A stretch of DNA of 64,000 nt from the human T2T-CHM13v2.0 reference genome, Homo sapiens. Below are positions 59,046 through 64,000 of the stretch, piece after piece. Each line of letters starts with the position of its first letter. The stretch's first letter is position 1. Under the pieces are notes generated by a model. That model was not told the origin of the DNA. It ran no database searches and worked only from the letters and a program-made list of their open reading frames with translations. The stretch lies in NCBI RefSeq assembly GCF_009914755.1, contig NC_060937.1; one strand, 5' to 3'. The position numbers and the translations under genes were made by a program.

Positions 59046-59616
59046 CTGGAGAAAACACAAATACATTACCATAAGTGACTAATGATGTTTGTCATTTTAA
59101 AGATTACACACAGTGTAATTTTCAATGAACTTCTTAATCACTGTACCAGGGCGTCATCTGGACAGTGACTGCAAGCACCTGGTGGCAAGAGGAATGAGTT
59201 CATTTCATTAGCTAATATCTTAAAACTTCAGCAGTTGAAGCACATACACACAAAAATCTTGGGCATGCCGTCTGCAACCCCACCTCCAAAATGACCAAGG
59301 CAAAGTGGTCACACTGCCTGGGCTCTTATTGCCCCATGATTGGTAACTTTTCTTGTAATACTTCTTTGCATCTTCAAGGTTGGCCTTAATATTGCAAGAC
59401 AGAGCAAAGGAAATAAAAGGAAGAACTGCTTCAAAACTTGATTAAAGTCCATTGTGACTTTTGAAATAAATTTCCATGGTGGCTACTTCAGAAATCATAA
59501 TGAAATTCTGCACAGCTTTGTTTCTGCTGCTATAGGTCTGAGTCAAAAGTAGGATATCGGCTTCAACATTCTTGAAAAGAATGACTACAGAAATCCTGCA
59601 TAACAAGACTTTATAT

Positions 59617-59656
<40 letters not shown>

Positions 59657-61482
59657 CATACTTGTGTGAATGTGACACACGTCTCCAGTGTTAAATTATT
59701 TTAGAGGTTCATGACTGTCGTTTTAAATTTAGAGGCTTGTTAGCTATCATATTTTGAACATATGTTTACATTGGTTACATTTTTACAAGTTATTTAATAC
59801 TTCCTTTTAAATTATAAGTCTAATTTATTTGATGCTGACTCTTGGTCATGACCACAATGCCCAATTTTACTGTAATTCCTATGGGAAAATATGATAGCCT
59901 GCTTTAAAGAAATTGTGGTACAAAGTGGAGACCTCTCCCATGATTATAGTCAATAATGTTAAGAAATCACTTTATTTTCAAATCTTACATTAGAAAAGAA
60001 GTAAGAAACAAGTTTAATGCCTTACTAAAATCATTTACTATTGGTCTCCTTTTAAGACATGGAGTATATGTTATTTTTTAAAATCCAAAAACAATAACGC
60101 TTTTACTTATTTTCAAAAAGAAACAGAGCAACTTTAGTTTTCCATTATTTGGAGAAAATTATAGCACAAAATACGTTGAAACTATTTATAACATCCAAAT
60201 ATAAAATATGATCACGGACAATTTAAAATACATTTTCTATCTGTGTATCTGTATTTTTCACATTTTGGTTAGAAATTTAGTTAGAATCATCCAATTGAAT
60301 GAACTAGATTAGATAATTTAAACATTGCCTGAAATACATATAGTCCATCTATTATTTTCTATCTTATTGATCTGGCCTCTCACTTGACTCTTTTACTCAA
60401 ACAGATGCTATAACTCTATTAGCTTTCTTCTTCCTCCTCCTCTTTTCTCCCCTCCCTCCCACTAATCTCCACTCTTACAAGATGAGCTGGGTTTTAGTGG
60501 TGCAGCTGCTGGCTAATACCCACAGATATAGGTCCTAATGTTGCCTTTGATTTGAGGAAATTTTAAGGCATCCAATTTCTTTAAACCTCAAGTCTATGAA
60601 ATTAGACCAATATCAGAATCTCCTCTCAATACAATAAAGAGAGTTGAGACTTGAATTTTCTTATAGTCTTAAATTTTCATTGTTATTTGATTCTGTGTTG
60701 TAAACACATTCTTCAATGACTATCGGCCTACCCTACTTCCTGATCCTCAATTACATAATTCTTGGTTTCCTTTACAGTGTTTTGTTTTGCTAACTTTAAG
60801 AAAAACATCTTTTTGTTGCACCCTTATCACTGTAGAAGTTGCTCATATCATTAAATGCTATGGCATGTTGCAGAATGTATAGATCTCCTCTGGATGACTT
60901 TCCAACTTATCCATCTTCATGCTTTTATGAAAAACATGTTCTTTCTCTAATAATGACTATCCTTACTTATGTCACAAAGATGCTATGAGGACAAATTTTA
61001 TCATGTATTTTAAACACTGTGAATTCCTTAGAAACAACAACAAAGCACTATAGAGATAAGAGTTATTCTTCCTCTATTTATATAGATCCTGACAGGGAGT
61101 TAAGAGACCAGGTAAGTCAGATCCTTGGTAATCACAGCTCTTTTGAGCCTCCCTTTCCTCACTTCTAAAAGGTGGACATATCATCTGCTACATCTGGCTT
61201 AATAGTAGAACCCAGGACCCAAATGAGAAATGAATGTGAAACAGTAGAGCCTACGCTCTGTAAATAACCATCCCCAAAATTCACAGGGATATAGTTTTTA
61301 GAAAAGACTATCTCCAATGAAGTTATACTAGTGTGGATTTTAAAGAATTCAGGTAGCCACACCCGATTTTCTAATGAAATATAAAATGTCCCCTGAATTC
61401 TGATGTTATTGGCCAGTGAAAACAAATACTACTATATGATCATTTCGGCCAAGCCTTTGGAATGAAGGCCAAGAGGGTTTAC

Positions 61483-61851
61483 CTGAATAATCTGGGCAGC
61501 AAGCTCCGGAGTTCCATACTTCAGGTCGTGCCCATTGATGGCCAGCACTCGGTCATTGCTGCTTAGCCTGCCGTCCTGGGCAGCCAACCCCCCTTCCAAC
61601 AGGTCAAGAATAAAAACCCCTGGCTCATCTGTCCTTCGCACCAATTTAATGCCAAGCTGTTCACCAGAGTCCCGTTTATGAAGAGCCACTTGGAAAATCT
61701 CTTCTCGTGGAGAGTTACTATCAGAATGGTTGTGTGCTCGGTTGCCAAAGCGCCTCTCTCGAAGCACAGTAAGATGCAGTGTGTTGCAGGGCTGGGAAAG
61801 GACAGCTCGGGCATAGTTATGGGACACATTGCTGATATTGTAGTTGTTGAC
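61483..61851 (-). CDS. LNX2: LNX2 coding exon (probably exon 5; 369 nt, phase 0/0): end of PDZ1 and most of PDZ2
   Basis: Minus-strand acceptor TTTTTCTAG|GTC at 61851 and donor CAG|GTAAAC at 61483. Translates [20 protein letters not shown]...[60 protein letters not shown], a classic PDZ sequence. Upstream exons lie beyond the window. Confidence 0.96.
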
Positions 61852-62469
61852 CTAGAAAAAAAGAATTGTGACCGAAGTGTGACAACCTTTTATTTTTCCA
61901 ATTTGTAGGAATGTTTATGTGGCATTTCCACAGGAAACTAAGTATTGTGAGAGTGCTAAGTATGGTGAGAATGCTATACAATCATTATTTACAAAGAAAA
62001 CCACATTAAAGACATTTAAAAACAGAGTTTCTAATATTAACTTACAATGACTAGCATCAAGGAGAGAATAGTAGCTAGGATCACCGGCTTTAATGACGGT
62101 CTTGAATTAGAGTCCTAGGTACTACCATTTACTAACTGATAACTTAGGCAAATTATAGAACTTGTCTGAATGAGTCTCCTCATCTGTAAAATGTGTTTAC
62201 TTCATGGGATCAGTATGAGAATGAACAGATTAACATGGGGCAAGTGCTAATGAAATAAATACTAATTCTAGTGGAACAGAAATTTAAGTTTTACTAGATT
62301 ACAAATTTGCTTCTTCCAAATTAAATACACTTAAGCTAGAGAAAATAAATTGTTATTTTAAGGAAAGTAGCACATTTCAGGTATACAAACTTATTTTAGA
62401 TAAGTGACTTTTACCTGAAAGAAAACCAGGTTAATTGTAATTTCACTCTAATTCTTCAGCACAGAAATA

Positions 62470-62514
62470 TTAGGTTGGTGCAAAAGTAATTACGGTTTTT
62501 ACCATTAAAAGTAA
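62470..62514 (+). mobile_element. Half MADE1 (Hsmar1 mariner MITE)
   Basis: TA|TTAGGTTGGTGCAAAAGTAATTACGGTTTTTACCATT is one mariner terminal inverted repeat; its partner is absent. Confidence 0.85.
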
Positions 62515-64000
62515 AATATAATGTATATCTAATGCATTATTCAATACTCATATAACATTTATGTATTCACCTTTATAATCTCAAAAAAAGTATAGTGACT
62601 GATCCTTGGGTATGTAACAGCACTTAGAAAATACACCTAACTTCAATTATTTCTTTAGTTACAAGAGATGAGCATGATTCTTAGCATTTATCACAATTAG
62701 AGTTCTTCTCTGAATCGGTCTGAGATGAAACCAACATCCTCTGACCATCTGTTATATGACAGGCTCTGAGTTAGGTGTTTATGATCACCTAAAATTCTTA
62801 CATCTTTTTCACACAAATCCACATTAGGCAAGACTTTCCTCTTCCTATTTACTTAGGATTGATAGTTGTAAATACTATTTTGAATTTTGTTGATTTTGAC
62901 CTATTAACACCTTTCAGAATTCAGTCACCAAATGCACAGATGTCACACACAAACTTGCTTTCTCCCAAGTCTGCAACATCTATTAATTTGGTAGTCATCC
63001 AAGTCCTTGGTAAAAGTATTGAATAATACAGGGTCAAGAATGGAACTTCTGAAGTTCTATTATATTTAGAAAGCAGCTTCTAAAAATCCACGCAGATATA
63101 GATTCATTAGTCAAACCACCATTTCCAACTATTTAGCTACAAAGCTACCTACCTGTAGGTTCACATTTTTCTGTCTTATATTCAGACATATCACACATAT
63201 CACAAATGACTTTACAAAACGTCTGGCTAAAATCCAGCCATGTGTAAACATGCAGCCTCATAACATCTTTGTGAAGCAGGCTGGGGAATATTCTACAACT
63301 GGAAAAAGATTTTTCCTCCAGGAATGCATGGTTGCCAGTGAAATTCAGAGAAAGCAGAAACCAAATAAAATATTGTTTCTAGATTTTGTGAAAATAACAT
63401 CAGCATAGCAAACTATCTCATTTTTGAGCTAAATGTATTTTTACAATCAACAGCTGTAATTATTTTCCTTCAGAACTGAAAATGCCATTATTGATGACTT
63501 CATTAAACTGAAAATACTTATTCTTAATAATGTTCTAAGTTATATTACTTTTATTAATGATATTGAGGTAATTTATAATAGCAGTATTTTTTTTTCTTCA
63601 AAACTGCTCAAAGAGGCTGCATATGAAACTCTAAGAGTAGCAAAAAGCTCTAACAGCATATGGTTCTCCTTTTCAAAGAGGCTATTTAATAACATTTGTA
63701 TATGTAAATAAATATATATAAATGTGGGAAAACCACCAAAGCCACACACTGCTTATGTATATGGTCTGCAAAAATGAAAATGCAAGCTAGCTCTCTGGTC
63801 TGCAAATCAACCATCTTACTGCCTCTTCGAGATTTTCAAATTGGCTCACTGTGTTATATTTATTTAGCTTATACAAAGTTGGAGGTAACCAGATAGTAAA
63901 AAATACCAATAGGCCTCTTTCCAAGTGTTTACTCTTGAATAACCATAAATAGTCCATATGTGGGAAAGGGGGGTGGCTTTACTTGGCTCCAACACACCAG

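Noticed and set aside
61432-61482. ORF-track extensions of LNX2 exons past their splice sites (also at 58836, 49552-49646 and 47531-47625)
   Set aside because: Read-through into introns; the canonical GT/AG boundaries give a continuous LNX2 frame without them.

Overview
Primate, very probably human, genomic DNA. The right third holds the last six coding exons and the ~2.4 kb 3' UTR of LNX2 (PDZ-domain RING E3 ligase; from memory chr13q12.2) on the minus strand. All splice sites are canonical GT-AG, the frame is continuous and the protein ends ...VICWPGSLV*. The left ~45 kb is intergenic and repeat-dense (Alu, L1, L2, MIR, MaLR/ERV LTRs, DNA transposons); almost all ORFs listed there are repeat or chance artefacts. 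I see no new protein-coding system. The most unusual structure is a ~455 bp inverted duplication (36936-37392 / 38354-38807) around a 961 bp spacer. Its outer 160 bp are identical while its inner Alu part is ~7% diverged, which suggests a templated insertion followed by gene conversion, and possibly a small flippable inversion. Also notable: a tailless 42-nt 5S rRNA retrocopy with a 16-bp target-site duplication; a 23-bp minisatellite whose core is an inverted copy of nearby flank; a strong CTCF motif; and two short dispersed direct repeats in unique DNA. Repeat subfamily names and most repeat boundaries are by eye and approximate.
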